Assembly: GCA_963721805.1 (NCBI GenBank)
Contig: CAVRJY010000001.1
Coordinates: forward strand, 1,088,001 to 1,152,000
Reading direction: 5' to 3'
Origin: Nitrospirota bacterium
Lineage (GTDB): Bacteria; Nitrospirota; Thermodesulfovibrionia; Thermodesulfovibrionales; JdFR-86
Length of the DNA: 64,000 nucleotides
Made by a program: the position numbers and the translations under genes. The notes under the pieces are model-generated. The model worked only from the letters and a program-made list of their open reading frames with translations, did no database searches and was not told where the DNA came from. Within the stretch, counting starts at the first letter, position 1; each line of letters starts with the position of its first letter. Positions 47,074-56,961 of the stretch are shown piece by piece.

Positions 47074-48201
47074 TTACTTGAGGTTCCCGTCCATGCCGCA
47101 AAGCGGGGCGTTGATCTCTTTGCCCAGCATCTTGGTGTGGCAGCCGTTACAAACTGAGGTCGGGTTGCCGACGATCTTCTTGGCGGCTATGTCATAAAGC
47201 GCGAGCTTGCCGTCCTGGATGGTCTTCTCGGGGTTAGCCGGGTCCTTCTCGTTGGCCCTGAGGGTGAGGATGGCGTACTTGCCGTCCGGTGTAGGCATCG
47301 CATCGTGGTTCTCCGCGTCGGTCATCATCGTGGTGGCCTCGACCTTGAGGGTCTTGGCGTCGACTACGTAGAACCTGTCACCCGCGGCCTGGAGGATCTT
47401 CTTGCCGTCCGGGGTGAAATACTGCCTGAAGCCGATGGTGTGGTACTTCTCGCCGGCGACGCTGCTCCTCTTGAGGACCTTCACGTTGCCTTTTACGAGC
47501 TCGGGGAGGTCAAGCAGCATGAAGTCGACCTTGCCGTTGAGGCCGTGGAACGGCTGGGTCGCATCCCAGCTGTCGGCGCCGTCGATGGCGACTACGAAGG
47601 TCTTCATGTCAGGGGAGTTCGTCCCGTGGAAGAACAGGTAGTTGTTCTTCCAGCCCTCTTTGTCGAGGAATATGGTCTTCTTCGTCTTCATGGTGGCCTT
47701 GTCGACGATCTGGATGAAGGCTTCCTGGGTCATCGATACCGGGATGTAGTCCTTGGTGGTCTGGCCGGAGGCGCAGAATACCGCGCCAGCCCATGCGGCG
47801 CGCTCGGGAAGGGTCTCTACGTTGTCAGTGGTGACCTTGCCGGTCTTGAAATCCACGACTCCGCGGTGATATTTCTGGGCACCGGCTTTCTCGTCAAGCT
47901 GATAGGTCGAGAAATAGCCCTTGGTGCGGTCCTTGTTGTCGATCCTGACGTCATGGATGGCCTGGGCGGCCACGACGATGCGGTCGAGGTCCTTGTTGAG
48001 CTTGATCGGCTCTGCTGCGGACGGGTCGATCGTGATGTCGGCGACGGCATAGTGCCCGCCGTCACCAGCAACATACACGGTGCCGGAATAAGTCTTGCCC
48101 TTGGCGTCAGCCGTGGGCGTGGTCTTGTCCACGGTCGTGAAGGCGAGGTAGCCCGCCAGGACGAGGCACATGCTGATTGCGACTACTAAAGTTTTTTTCA
48201 T
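47074..48201 (-). CDS. Secreted probable beta-propeller protein with C-terminal CXXCH
   Basis: Signal/anchor helix; repeats NSPDMK, FTPDGK, PTPDGK; CNGCH; strongly biased codon usage. Confidence 0.75.
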   Translation of the reverse strand: MKKTLVVAISMCLVLAGYLAFTTVDKTTPTADAKGKTYSGTVYVAGDGGHYAVADITIDPSAAEPIKLNKDLDRIVVAAQAIHDVRIDNKDRTKGYFSTYQLDEKAGAQKYHRGVVDFKTGKVTTDNVETLPERAAWAGAVFCASGQTTKDYIPVSMTQEAFIQIVDKATMKTKKTIFLDKEGWKNNYLFFHGTNSPDMKTFVVAIDGADSWDATQPFHGLNGKVDFMLLDLPELVKGNVKVLKRSSVAGEKYHTIGFRQYFTPDGKKILQAAGDRFYVVDAKTLKVEATTMMTDAENHDAMPTPDGKYAILTLRANEKDPANPEKTIQDGKLALYDIAAKKIVGNPTSVCNGCHTKMLGKEINAPLCGMDGNLK

Positions 48202-48504
48202 TCTTGCTTCTCCCCGAAAGTTTAAGTGTTAGTACGGTTCGATGAAGCTTCGCCTAAACCTTGTGCAAGGGCGGCGGTCCAGCTGTCCTGATCTCCCTTC
48301 TCACCCCCTCTGGTAATGAGATTTAAATGGATTAATAAGAAACCTTGATACATTCAGTTTATTCGCGATAACTATTGGAAATCAACTTGAAATTATGAGT
48401 TTAGGGAAGCTATTATTACGGCTGTAACCCCCGTGAGCCCGTTTTCGGGATGCCGCGCGTGATTTCCTTGATCGGCGCTGACGGTTTGACGTATCATAGG
48501 CGTC

Positions 48505-48894
48505 ATGAAACAAACAAAGTTCACCCCAATAAAGCTCACACGGCCGAAGCAGAAGACAACCGAGAAGAACTGCAGCGCCTGCCCGGCGATATGCTGCCAC
48601 GACCTCTCCATCGTGATCATGAGGCCCGAGACCCGCAAGGAGATCGACGACCTCAAGTGGCACCTGCACTACGACACCGTCGGCGTCTACATCCGCAGCC
48701 GCCGCTGGCACGTCGTCGTCAAGGGCAAGTGCATGTACCTCGACGCGAACAACATGTGCACGATCTACGACCGCCGCCCCGACAAGTGCCGGAACCACAT
48801 GCCGCCCTCGTGCGAGCGCTACGACACCTGGTACGACGTCCTCTTCACGAAGCCCGAGGAGCTGGAGGCTTACCTCAAAAGGAAGAAGAAATAG
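48505..48894 (+). CDS. YkgJ family cysteine-cluster protein
   Basis: CSACPAICC...CMYLD...CTIYDRRPDKCR. Confidence 0.88.
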   Translation: MKQTKFTPIKLTRPKQKTTEKNCSACPAICCHDLSIVIMRPETRKEIDDLKWHLHYDTVGVYIRSRRWHVVVKGKCMYLDANNMCTIYDRRPDKCRNHMPPSCERYDTWYDVLFTKPEELEAYLKRKKK

Positions 48895-48897
48895 CCG

Positions 48898-49392
48898 ATG
48901 AAGAAGCTCGGCTCGCCTCCCACCTCGTGTGACTGGAAGGGTGCGGCGCAAGGGCCGAAGGCCGGGCCGGCGGCCCGGCCGCGCGGGCGCGTCATGCGCT
49001 ACGAAGAAGACGGCGCATGGCAGGGCGTGGCTGCCGAGCGGTACAAGAGCCCCGACGGCTCGTGGGCCTCTGTCATAAGGCGAACCCTCGTCGGAGGGCT
49101 CAAGGGCGAGCGCACGAAGTTCCACCTCAGGTATTTCGAGATCGCACCCGGCGGCAGGACGTCGCTCGAACTCCACAGCCACGAGCACGTCGTGGTCGTG
49201 GTCCGCGGCAAAGGGATATGTAGGATCAGGACAACCCGCCACGAGATCGGGCCGATGGACGTGGCCTACATCCCGCCGGGCGCGCCGCACCAGCTGAGCA
49301 ACCCCAACAATGAGCCTTTCGGGTTTTTCTGCATAGTCGACGCGGAGCGCGACAGGCCGGCGCCCGCCGGAGCAAGGGGCCGGAAACCATGA
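48898..49392 (+). CDS. Cupin domain protein
   Basis: LRYFEIAPGGRTSLELHSHEH, PGAPHQ, FGFFCIVDAERDRP; start uncertain. Confidence 0.8.
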   Translation: MKKLGSPPTSCDWKGAAQGPKAGPAARPRGRVMRYEEDGAWQGVAAERYKSPDGSWASVIRRTLVGGLKGERTKFHLRYFEIAPGGRTSLELHSHEHVVVVVRGKGICRIRTTRHEIGPMDVAYIPPGAPHQLSNPNNEPFGFFCIVDAERDRPAPAGARGRKP

Positions 49393-50417
49393 ACAAGGAC
49401 AGTGCGACCTCCGCGATACGCGGCCGCATCAGGCTTTCGTTCTGGATATTCCTGGGGGTGCTCGCTACCGGCACAGGAGGCTACTGGCTGATAAGCGATG
49501 GCAAAGCCTCGCTCCTGGATTGTTTTTACATGACCGTGATAACGGTCTCGACGGTCGGTTACGGCGAGGTCATAAGCATAACGCCTTTTTGGTACGCGAA
49601 GCTCTTTACGATCGCGCTGATATTCGCAGGGATGTCGGTGATACTGTATTTCATCTCGAACGTCACGGCGTTTCTGATCGAGGGCAACCTGAAAGAACTC
49701 TTCTGGAGGAAGAAGATGCAGAAGCTCATAGGCAAGCTCAACGGGCATTACATAGTGTGCGGCGCCGGAAAATTCGGCGAGCACATCATACGCGAGTTCG
49801 TCGACACGCGGCGGCCGTTTGTCGTGATAGAGGCCGAGCGCGAACACGTGACCGAGGTCGCCGTGCGGTTCCCGGATGCGCCCGTAGTGCACGGCGACGC
49901 CGCGGAAAACGACGTGCTAGAGGCCGCAGGGGTGGGGCGCGCCGCAGGCATGCTGGTCGCGACCGAAAACGACAAGGACAATATAGTCATCACGCTCACC
50001 GGCCGCCAGATGAACCATACAATGCGCATCGTTACGCGCTGCAACGACGCGCGCCACTCAGAGAAGCTCAAGCGCGCCGGCGCGGACTCCGTGGTATCGA
50101 CTAACTTCATCGCCGGGCTCCGCATGGCGTCTGAGATGTTCAGGCCGTCGGTCGTCTCGTTCCTGGACAAGATGCTCAGGGACAAGGAGCGCAACCTGCG
50201 CATAGAGGAGATGGTGGTGCCGGAGGGCGCGGGACTCGGCACGATGCAAGAGGCTCGGCGGTACGCCCTCGTGCTTGCCATCAGATACCCGGACGGGTCG
50301 TATCAGTTCAACCCCTCAGGCGAGACAGTGCTCGCACCGGGCGCGACTCTGATCTTCATGGGCAGCCCCGATGACCGCGGGAGCCTTAGCAAGGCGCTCT
50401 TAGGGGGTGCGGCTTAA
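49389..50417 (+). CDS. Two-TM potassium channel with RCK (TrkA-N/C) domains
   Basis: TVSTVGYGE selectivity filter, CGAGKFG, GDA, AGADSVV. Confidence 0.92.
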   Translation: MNKDSATSAIRGRIRLSFWIFLGVLATGTGGYWLISDGKASLLDCFYMTVITVSTVGYGEVISITPFWYAKLFTIALIFAGMSVILYFISNVTAFLIEGNLKELFWRKKMQKLIGKLNGHYIVCGAGKFGEHIIREFVDTRRPFVVIEAEREHVTEVAVRFPDAPVVHGDAAENDVLEAAGVGRAAGMLVATENDKDNIVITLTGRQMNHTMRIVTRCNDARHSEKLKRAGADSVVSTNFIAGLRMASEMFRPSVVSFLDKMLRDKERNLRIEEMVVPEGAGLGTMQEARRYALVLAIRYPDGSYQFNPSGETVLAPGATLIFMGSPDDRGSLSKALLGGAA

Positions 50418-50432
50418 GCCGGGCAGGGGGGA

Positions 50433-50789
50433 TTAGAACTCGTGCGCTATGCTGGCGGCGGTCGACTTAAGCAGGAACCTGGCCTGGCCGGAATTGCCTG
50501 ACGGCCTGAGCACCGCCGCGAAATAATATTCGGGCGTGATGGCGCTGAGCACTACGGTGCATTTTTCGGTCTTGAACGTGGCCTCGGAGGCAGTGCCGAG
50601 GCTGAGGCTCTCGCAGGCGTCGGCTATGTTGCGCATGAGCTGCGAGGTCTCGGCGTTGAGGTCCTCCGGCTCCGTGATCGTGGCCGACCCAACGTGCTCG
50701 ACCGGCATCCCGTCGATGCCGCAGATCATCAGCAGTTCGGCCCCCCTGATCCTGACGAGCAGGTCCTTAAGCGTTTCCGCGAAACTCAT
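50433..50789 (-). CDS. Roadblock/LC7 domain protein
   Basis: GIDGMPV, ITPEYY, GNSGQARFLL. Confidence 0.8.
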   Translation of the reverse strand: MSFAETLKDLLVRIRGAELLMICGIDGMPVEHVGSATITEPEDLNAETSQLMRNIADACESLSLGTASEATFKTEKCTVVLSAITPEYYFAAVLRPSGNSGQARFLLKSTAASIAHEF

Positions 50790-51969
50790 CCCGCCTCCTT
50801 CCGAGCGCCTCGGCGAAAGCTACCAGCTTTCCCTCCAGCATCTCCGAGTCGCGGCCGAGCATCTTCATAAGCATCTGGAGCTCGGCGGCGCGCTGCAGCG
50901 CAGCCTTGTTTTGAGGGGCGATGATCAGTACTTCGTTGAGGATCGACATTGCACGGCGGAAGTCCTCGGTGGCCACGGCGAAGTCCGCCTCCCCGATCAT
51001 CGCGTCCAGGTCGGGGGTGGGTTTGAAGGCCGGAAACGGCTCGGCTAAGGGTTGCGCTGCGGGCGGCTGCGCTGCAAAAGAGGGCGCTGTCCCGGCGGCA
51101 TCGGACGATACCTCCTCGGCCACCCCGACGATCTCCGCATCAGAGGTATCGGATGATATTTCCTCAGCGACCTCTGCGACCTCGGCCTCGCCCGCATCGG
51201 ACGATACCTCCTCGGCGATCTCGACTATCCCGGCCCCGGAGGGCTCTGACGATACCTCCTCCGTGACCTCTACGGCCTCGGCCACGGCGCCGGATAAATC
51301 GGACGCTTCGGCCTCATCCCCGATCTCGATGGCCTCTTCGGCCTCATCCGCGGCCGGAGTATCGTCCATGAGCTCTTTATCCGAGAGCGAGGCGCTGAAC
51401 TTTCGCATCTCCTCCTCGAGGTCGGCGGGCGGTTCCTCGGCTGCCTTGGGCGCATGTGGCAGCTCCTCTTCAATGGCAGCCGCTTCTTCCACCTTCGCCA
51501 CGGTGGCGGCCAGGGGCACCTCGCCGTGCTCCAGGTGTGAGGAGCCGGCGGCAGGCAGTTCGGCGGGCCGGGACATGGTGGCCTCGAGGGCACGGATCTC
51601 GGCCTGAGCCGAATCGTCCATCGGGTTCATGCCGAGCAGGACCTTGTATCGCTCTATCGCGCGCGGCGCATCGCCGAGCGCCTTATATATCTCGGCAAGT
51701 TTTTTCTGCGCGAAGAAGTTGTCGGGGTTGCTCGAGACGACCTCCTCGAACGCCTTGCGCGCGTCCGCGGTCTGGCCCTTGTCGAGGTATATCTTCCCTA
51801 GCGAGACCTTGGCGCTGGTATAGGTGGGCTGCCTCTCGATCCCGGCCACCAGCACGTCTATGGCCTCGTCGTGCCTGCCTGCCTTGCGGTATTCCTCGGC
51901 CAGCGGGACGAAGAGAGTGGAGTTGGGGTCCTTGTCGACCTTTTCTTTTAGCTTGTCTATCGGGTCCAT
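50767..51969 (-). CDS. TPR protein with acidic low-complexity linker
   Basis: DPNSTLFVPLAEEYRKAG N-terminal TPRs; Glu/Ala-rich middle region. Confidence 0.85.
   Translation of the reverse strand: MDPIDKLKEKVDKDPNSTLFVPLAEEYRKAGRHDEAIDVLVAGIERQPTYTSAKVSLGKIYLDKGQTADARKAFEEVVSSNPDNFFAQKKLAEIYKALGDAPRAIERYKVLLGMNPMDDSAQAEIRALEATMSRPAELPAAGSSHLEHGEVPLAATVAKVEEAAAIEEELPHAPKAAEEPPADLEEEMRKFSASLSDKELMDDTPAADEAEEAIEIGDEAEASDLSGAVAEAVEVTEEVSSEPSGAGIVEIAEEVSSDAGEAEVAEVAEEISSDTSDAEIVGVAEEVSSDAAGTAPSFAAQPPAAQPLAEPFPAFKPTPDLDAMIGEADFAVATEDFRRAMSILNEVLIIAPQNKAALQRAAELQMLMKMLGRDSEMLEGKLVAFAEALGRRRDEFRGNA
51085..51277 (-). repeat. Four tandem 48-bp (16-aa) coding repeats
   Basis: GATAYYTCCTC core at 51107, 51155, 51203 and 51251; protein core EE(V/I)SS(D/E) four times. 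Confidence 0.75.
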
Positions 51970-52003
51970 GACACTACTATTTCGACAAAATCGGCAATAA
52001 ATG

Positions 52004-53173
52004 TCAAGTTATATTCTCGGCGAGCCTGTCGAGTATGAGATCGGCGGCATCGTCCTTGCTCATCAGCGGGCACTCGGATTCGGCGTGGCGCTCTATGATC
52101 ACTATCCGGTTGGTGTCAACGTCGAAGCCCGCCTCGGGATCCGAGATGTCGTTATAGACGAGGATGTCAGCGCCTTTCTTGAGGTACTTTTCCCTCGCGC
52201 GCTCTATCGACGTGTCGGCCGCGAAGCCTACGATCACCGGCCGCTTTTTCATCCGTCCCACCTCGGCCAGTATGTCTGGGTTGAGCGTGAGCCTGATCTC
52301 TTTGATCTCCGACTTGCCGACTTTGGCGGCGGTATGCCCCCCGCCTTCGGCCCTGAAGTCGGCGACCGCGGCCGCCATCACAAGCGCGTCGGCGCCGGCA
52401 AGTTCGGCCTTCACCGCATCGCGCATCTGAAGGGCGCTGACAATGTCTATCGTGCGCACGCCGTCGGGGGCGCTCAGGGCGGAGGGGCCGCTTATGAGCA
52501 CGACGTCAGCGCCGCGCCTGCGCGCCGCGCGCGCCACGGCATAGCCCATCTTGCCCGACGAGCGGTTCGATATGAAGCGCACCGAATCCATGAACTCGCG
52601 CGTCGGCCCTGCGGTTACGACTATCTTTTTGCACGTGAGGTCCCGCTTCGAGACCGCGGCGCGGGCCTCGGCTATGATGCTCTCGATCCGGGCCATGCGG
52701 CCCCTGCCTTCCTCGCCGCAGGCGAGCGAGCCGCACTCGGGCGCCACCTCGCGCACGCCGCGCCCCTTTAGAAGGGTGAGGTTCTGCTGCAATACAGGAT
52801 TGTCGTACATCCTCCAGTTCATCGCGGGAGCCACGACTACGGGGCCGCTGTATGCAAGCAGGAACGTGCTCAGGAGGTCGTCCGCGATGCCGTGGCTGAA
52901 CTTGCCGATTATGTCGGCGGTCGCAGGGGCTATGATCGCGAGTTCGGCCTCGGCAGCGAGCGCGATGTGCGCCAGCGGGTCGTCGAACAGCCCCTCGTGG
53001 ACCTTCTCGCCCGAGGCGAGCGAGACCGACAGAGGGGTTATGAAATGCCTGGAGGCATCGGTCATCACTACGGTGACGGATGCCTCCAGATCTTTTAGCC
53101 TTCTGATCAGGTCGACGGCCTTGTAGGCCGCGACGCTGCCGGTGATACCGATTACTATGCGCTTATTCTTCAG
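52004..53173 (-). CDS. coaBC: Bifunctional phosphopantothenoylcysteine decarboxylase/ligase
   Basis: Frame continues past the track's start into LKNKRIVIGITGSVAAYKA; PAMN, LACGEEGRGR, TAGPTRE, NRSSGKMG, GFAA. Start proposed at CTG 53173. Confidence 0.92.
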   Translation of the reverse strand: MKNKRIVIGITGSVAAYKAVDLIRRLKDLEASVTVVMTDASRHFITPLSVSLASGEKVHEGLFDDPLAHIALAAEAELAIIAPATADIIGKFSHGIADDLLSTFLLAYSGPVVVAPAMNWRMYDNPVLQQNLTLLKGRGVREVAPECGSLACGEEGRGRMARIESIIAEARAAVSKRDLTCKKIVVTAGPTREFMDSVRFISNRSSGKMGYAVARAARRRGADVVLISGPSALSAPDGVRTIDIVSALQMRDAVKAELAGADALVMAAAVADFRAEGGGHTAAKVGKSEIKEIRLTLNPDILAEVGRMKKRPVIVGFAADTSIERAREKYLKKGADILVYNDISDPEAGFDVDTNRIVIIERHAESECPLMSKDDAADLILDRLAENIT

Positions 53174-53576
53174 GCTTCTCTTCCTCTTCGGTGGTCTCCT
53201 CGGTGTCCGCGAACAGGTCGTCGAACGCCTGGCGCTCCGCGTCCTCGCGCTCGGTGAGGTATACGCGCAGGTCCTTCTCGAGGTCCGAGAGGTCCTCCGG
53301 CATAGCCTCGCGGCGCTTGTCCTCGAGGAACCTCTTGTAGTCGAACTTCTTGGCCTCTTCGTTGGCGACGCGTGCGTCCTCGCCGGTCAGGAACTCGACC
53401 TTGTTCTCGAGCGCCTCTTCGATGGCGATGGTCGGGAACTTGCGGTACTTGGTCGTGATCTTCGGCTTTGCGCCCACGGCCAGCTCCCTCGCACGCTGCG
53501 CGGCGATCAGCACGAGCCTGAAGCGGCTGTCTATCTTGTCCTTCTCACGCTCTATTGGGAGCGAAACGATGTCCAT
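53163..53576 (-). CDS. rpoZ: RNA polymerase omega subunit with acidic C-terminal extension
   Basis: SRFRLVLIAAQRAREL, TIAIEE; lies between gmk and coaBC. Confidence 0.92.
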   Translation of the reverse strand: MDIVSLPIEREKDKIDSRFRLVLIAAQRARELAVGAKPKITTKYRKFPTIAIEEALENKVEFLTGEDARVANEEAKKFDYKRFLEDKRREAMPEDLSDLEKDLRVYLTEREDAERQAFDDLFADTEETTEEEEKPEE

Positions 53577-53578
53577 CT

Positions 53579-54199
53579 CTAGCCGTCCTCCTTAAGAAAA
53601 TGTCTCTCTATCCAGCCGGGATCGATGTTAACGGTCCTGAGGGCCGAGGCGGTCACTACCGCGTCGAGTTCCGCAAGCGCCTGCTCGATCTTATCGTTAA
53701 TAATAACATAATCATATATCAAATACTCGCTTATCTCGGCCGAGGCCCGGCCGAGCCTTACGCGGAGGTCTTCCTCGGTGTTGTTCCCGCGGCCGCGTAG
53801 CCGCTCGGCTAGCGCCTCGAGCGAGGGCGGGAGGATGAAGACGAGCACCGCGTCCGGGAACTGCTCCCTGATCTGACGCGTCCCGTTTACGTCTATGTCG
53901 AGCACGACGTTCACCCCGCTTTGGAGCATATCTTTGAGCCTGGCCTTGGAAGTGCCATAGAGAGAGGTGTGCACCGGGGCCCATTCCGCGAACTCGCCGC
54001 GGTGGATCATAGCGCGGAACTGGGGCTCGTCTATGAACGTGTAGTCGAGGTCGTTGACCTCGCCCGGGCGGGGCAGACGCGTGGTATACGAGACCGAAAA
54101 TTTCAGGTCTCCGCGATTGGACATGAGCTGCTTGAGCAGGGTGGTCTTGCCGGTCCCGGACGGGGCCGAGATCACGAAGAGCGTTCCAAGGCGTTTCAT
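53579..54199 (-). CDS. gmk: Guanylate kinase
   Basis: [30 protein letters not shown]. Confidence 0.95.
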   Translation of the reverse strand: MKRLGTLFVISAPSGTGKTTLLKQLMSNRGDLKFSVSYTTRLPRPGEVNDLDYTFIDEPQFRAMIHRGEFAEWAPVHTSLYGTSKARLKDMLQSGVNVVLDIDVNGTRQIREQFPDAVLVFILPPSLEALAERLRGRGNNTEEDLRVRLGRASAEISEYLIYDYVIINDKIEQALAELDAVVTASALRTVNIDPGWIERHFLKEDG

Positions 54200-54480
54200 C
54201 GGGGCTCCTCTGTCTGGGGTGTCAGGGGCTCAGGGGCCGCGGAAAGCCTCTGGCTGATCGTCTCGGTCTGAAGCGCGCTTAGGATCACATGCCCGCTCTC
54301 GGCCACTATGATCGAGCGCGTCTTCCTGCCCTCGGTCGCGTCGACCAGCAGGCCGGCCTCGCGCGCGACGTCGCGCAGCTTCTTCATCGGGGCCGAGCCG
54401 GGGCCGACCACTGCCACGACCTTCGCGGCCGCCACCATGTTGCCGAACCCTACGTTCAGAAGCCCTATCTGGGTGCCCAT
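54196..54480 (-). CDS. remA: DUF370/RemA family protein
   Basis: [34 protein letters not shown]. Confidence 0.88.
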   Translation of the reverse strand: MGTQIGLLNVGFGNMVAAAKVVAVVGPGSAPMKKLRDVAREAGLLVDATEGRKTRSIIVAESGHVILSALQTETISQRLSAAPEPLTPQTEEPR

Positions 54481-54487
54481 GCCGCCC

Positions 54488-55339
54488 TCACTGGACGTTC
54501 TGGACCTGCTCGCGCGCCCGCTCGATCTCGGTCTTCATCTCGATGACGCAATCTATCAGGCCGGGGTCGTCCGTCTTGGAGCCTATGGTGTTTGCCTCGC
54601 GGTTTAGCTCCTGAAGCAGGAAGTCGAGCTTGCGCCCTACGGTGCCGCCTGCGCGGAGCATCTCGGACATGTGCTCAGCGTGGTGGCGGATGCGCGTGAT
54701 CTCCTCGGTAATGTCCGCGCGCTCGGCATACTGGGTGGCCTCCATCATGAGCCTCTGCTCGTCTACCGGGCTTTGAGACAAAAGCTCGGCGATGCGCTGC
54801 ATATAGGCGTTTCTGCGGGCCGCTATCGCTGCCGGAGCGCCGGCCGTGACCTTCTCGTTGAGCCCTGCGATCTTCTCGGTCATCGCCAGCATCTCATCCA
54901 GCAGCCCCGCGCCCTCCCTTGCCCTCATCCCGCAGAGGATCTCAAGCGCCTCCTCGAAGGCCTCATGCAGATGTGAAAAAGAGCCTAGTTCCTGGCTGGT
55001 TACGATATTATCCTTAAAGTAAAGCATATGGGATAATCCGACCTTCTCGGAGGATAGCTCAAGGGCCTCCGAGAGCCCATTGAGCATGGTATGGATGGCC
55101 TTGGCCGCAGGCATGTCCAGGCGGAGCCCAAGCGCGGACGAGCCGGTGTATGAGACCGTGATATCGACCTTGCCCCTGGCTATGCGCTCCTTGGCTCGGG
55201 CGCGCAGGGGCAGTTCATGGGCATTGAGTGCGGACGGCATGCGGACGTTCACGTCCAGATAGCGGTGGTTGAGAGAGCGGATCTCGACCTTAAACCCCTC
55301 GCGTTCGGCCGAGCCGAAGCCTGTCATGCTCTGTATCAT
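54488..55339 (-). CDS. yicC: YicC/YloC family endoribonuclease
   Basis: [41 protein letters not shown]. Confidence 0.93.
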   Translation of the reverse strand: MIQSMTGFGSAEREGFKVEIRSLNHRYLDVNVRMPSALNAHELPLRARAKERIARGKVDITVSYTGSSALGLRLDMPAAKAIHTMLNGLSEALELSSEKVGLSHMLYFKDNIVTSQELGSFSHLHEAFEEALEILCGMRAREGAGLLDEMLAMTEKIAGLNEKVTAGAPAAIAARRNAYMQRIAELLSQSPVDEQRLMMEATQYAERADITEEITRIRHHAEHMSEMLRAGGTVGRKLDFLLQELNREANTIGSKTDDPGLIDCVIEMKTEIERAREQVQNVQ

Positions 55340-55396
55340 GTGGTGTAAGGATATAAAGACCGCACCGGCCGAGTCAAGCGATAAAAAACCTTTCGC

Positions 55397-55945
55397 CTAT
55401 GGCCTGAGGTGCCATGAGGGTTCGAAGTCCCTGTGGCGTGAGTCCCGATCCGAGATTACGGCCGGCACCCCCGGCCACTTGATCGCGAACTCAGGGTCAT
55501 CCCACCTCACGCCGCGCTCAAGCTCGGGAGAATAGAATTCGGTCACGAGGTACAGGACCTCGGAATCGTCCGCCAGGGTCATGAACCCGTGGGCGAAACC
55601 CTTTGGGACGTACATCATCCTGCGGTTTTCGGCCGTGAGTTCCTCTGCGTACCATTGCCCGAACGTAGGTGAGCCCTCACGGAGATCCAGGATGCAGTCC
55701 CAGAGAGCGCCCCTTATGCAGCGGACGACCTTGGTCTCGGCCTTTGGGGCGAGCTGGTAGTGCATCCCGCGAAGGGTGCCTTTCTGCGCGCTCAGGGAGT
55801 TGTTGATCTGCACCACGTTTCTGTCGAGCCCCATCTTGTCGTACTCGTTGACGCAGAAAAACCTGGCGAAAAAGCCGCGCTCGTCCCCGCGCTTTTCGAG
55901 CTCGATCGTGTATGCGCCCTTAAGCGGAGTCTCGTTGAAGATCAT
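55397..55945 (-). CDS. rfbC: dTDP-4-dehydrorhamnose 3,5-epimerase
   Basis: DERGFF, GTLRGMHYQ, PKGFAHGF, VRWDDP. Confidence 0.92.
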   Translation of the reverse strand: MIFNETPLKGAYTIELEKRGDERGFFARFFCVNEYDKMGLDRNVVQINNSLSAQKGTLRGMHYQLAPKAETKVVRCIRGALWDCILDLREGSPTFGQWYAEELTAENRRMMYVPKGFAHGFMTLADDSEVLYLVTEFYSPELERGVRWDDPEFAIKWPGVPAVISDRDSRHRDFEPSWHLRP

Positions 55946-56058
55946 CGTTTCAGCCTCCCTCGCGGATCTGATGGATTATACATTCTTATCGCAGCGTTCG
56001 CAACGGTACTTAAACCCGTCCGCGGCCACCGCTCTTCAGGCCGAGAAGGGCAAAAAAC

Positions 56059-56088
56059 TTGACATTATGCGGGGTTCGGTTTTACGAT
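56059..56088 (+). promoter_or_regulatory. Sigma70-like promoter
   Basis: TTGACA-N18-TACGAT upstream of the 56172 ORF. Confidence 0.5.
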
Positions 56089-56171
56089 AAGGCACGGTAC
56101 GCTTTATCATGCATGGGTTGGGCATGCCGTGCTCCTTTGCCGGAGCAATAACGCTTACACCGGGGTGGTCA

Positions 56172-56782
56172 TGGCCGAGATGAAAGGGATTAAGAAAGTG
56201 GGCCGCAAGACACCGCGGGCAGCGGCTGCCGCACCAAAGAAGGGTGCCGGAGGCGCCCGGGCCAAGGCACAGGCCGGCGGGGATGGGGGCGCGCGTCTGG
56301 CGGCCGAAATTGAGCGGGCAAAGCAGCTCGTGGCCGAAGGCCGCCCGGATGAGGCCCTCGTGGCGTTTATATCGATTAAGCGGGAAAACCCATCCCTCAT
56401 CGAGCTGAGCCCGGTCTTGTGCGACCTTTGCCTCGGCACAGGGAGACATGACCTTCTCGCGCCATCATGGATTACCGAGGCTGTGCGCTGCAACAAGGAT
56501 TTTGCCGGGAGCTTTATTGAGCTTGCGGCCGATGCATACCAGAAGAATATGGTCTCCGGAGCAACGGAAATACTGGCCGCCTTACTTGAAGCCGATCCGG
56601 ACAACTATAAGGCATGGAATAACTACGCCATATGTTTGACAGCTTCCGGCACCCAGATGCTTAGAAATGCGGAGGCGGCCTTCAGGCAATCCTTCCAGAT
56701 CAACTCAAAGATCGTCGAAACCGTTACGAACCTCGACCGGTTGACCCAGATCGTCGGATTTCTGAACAAAACTCTGGCTTGA
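56172..56782 (+). CDS. TPR-containing protein
   Basis: DPDNYKAWNNYAICL...AEAAFRQSFQIN; K/A-rich N-terminus; start taken at ATG 56172. Confidence 0.7.
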
Positions 56783-56849
56783 TCCAACCCGTTTCCAAAT
56801 TCTGGCGGCTTGCTCCCATTCCAATCCGGAGTGAAAGAATGGCAACCGC

Positions 56850-56866
56850 TTGGCACGTTTAATGCA
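56850..56866 (+). promoter_or_regulatory. Sigma54 (-24/-12) promoter
   Basis: TTGGCACGTTTAATGCA: GG-N10-GC, intergenic, ~95 bp before the glycan genes. Confidence 0.65.
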
Positions 56867-56961
56867 TCTATAAATATGCGCCGTAGTTTTTTGCCATTAA
56901 TTTGACATGGCGCAGTAATGATATTGTATGGCGGCAATTATCATCAAGGCTGGAGGGACGG

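Noticed and set aside
48340..48400. FNR/Crp-type box upstream of the CXXCH protein gene
   Set aside because: TTGAT and ATCAA half-sites are present but not at the 4-bp spacing.
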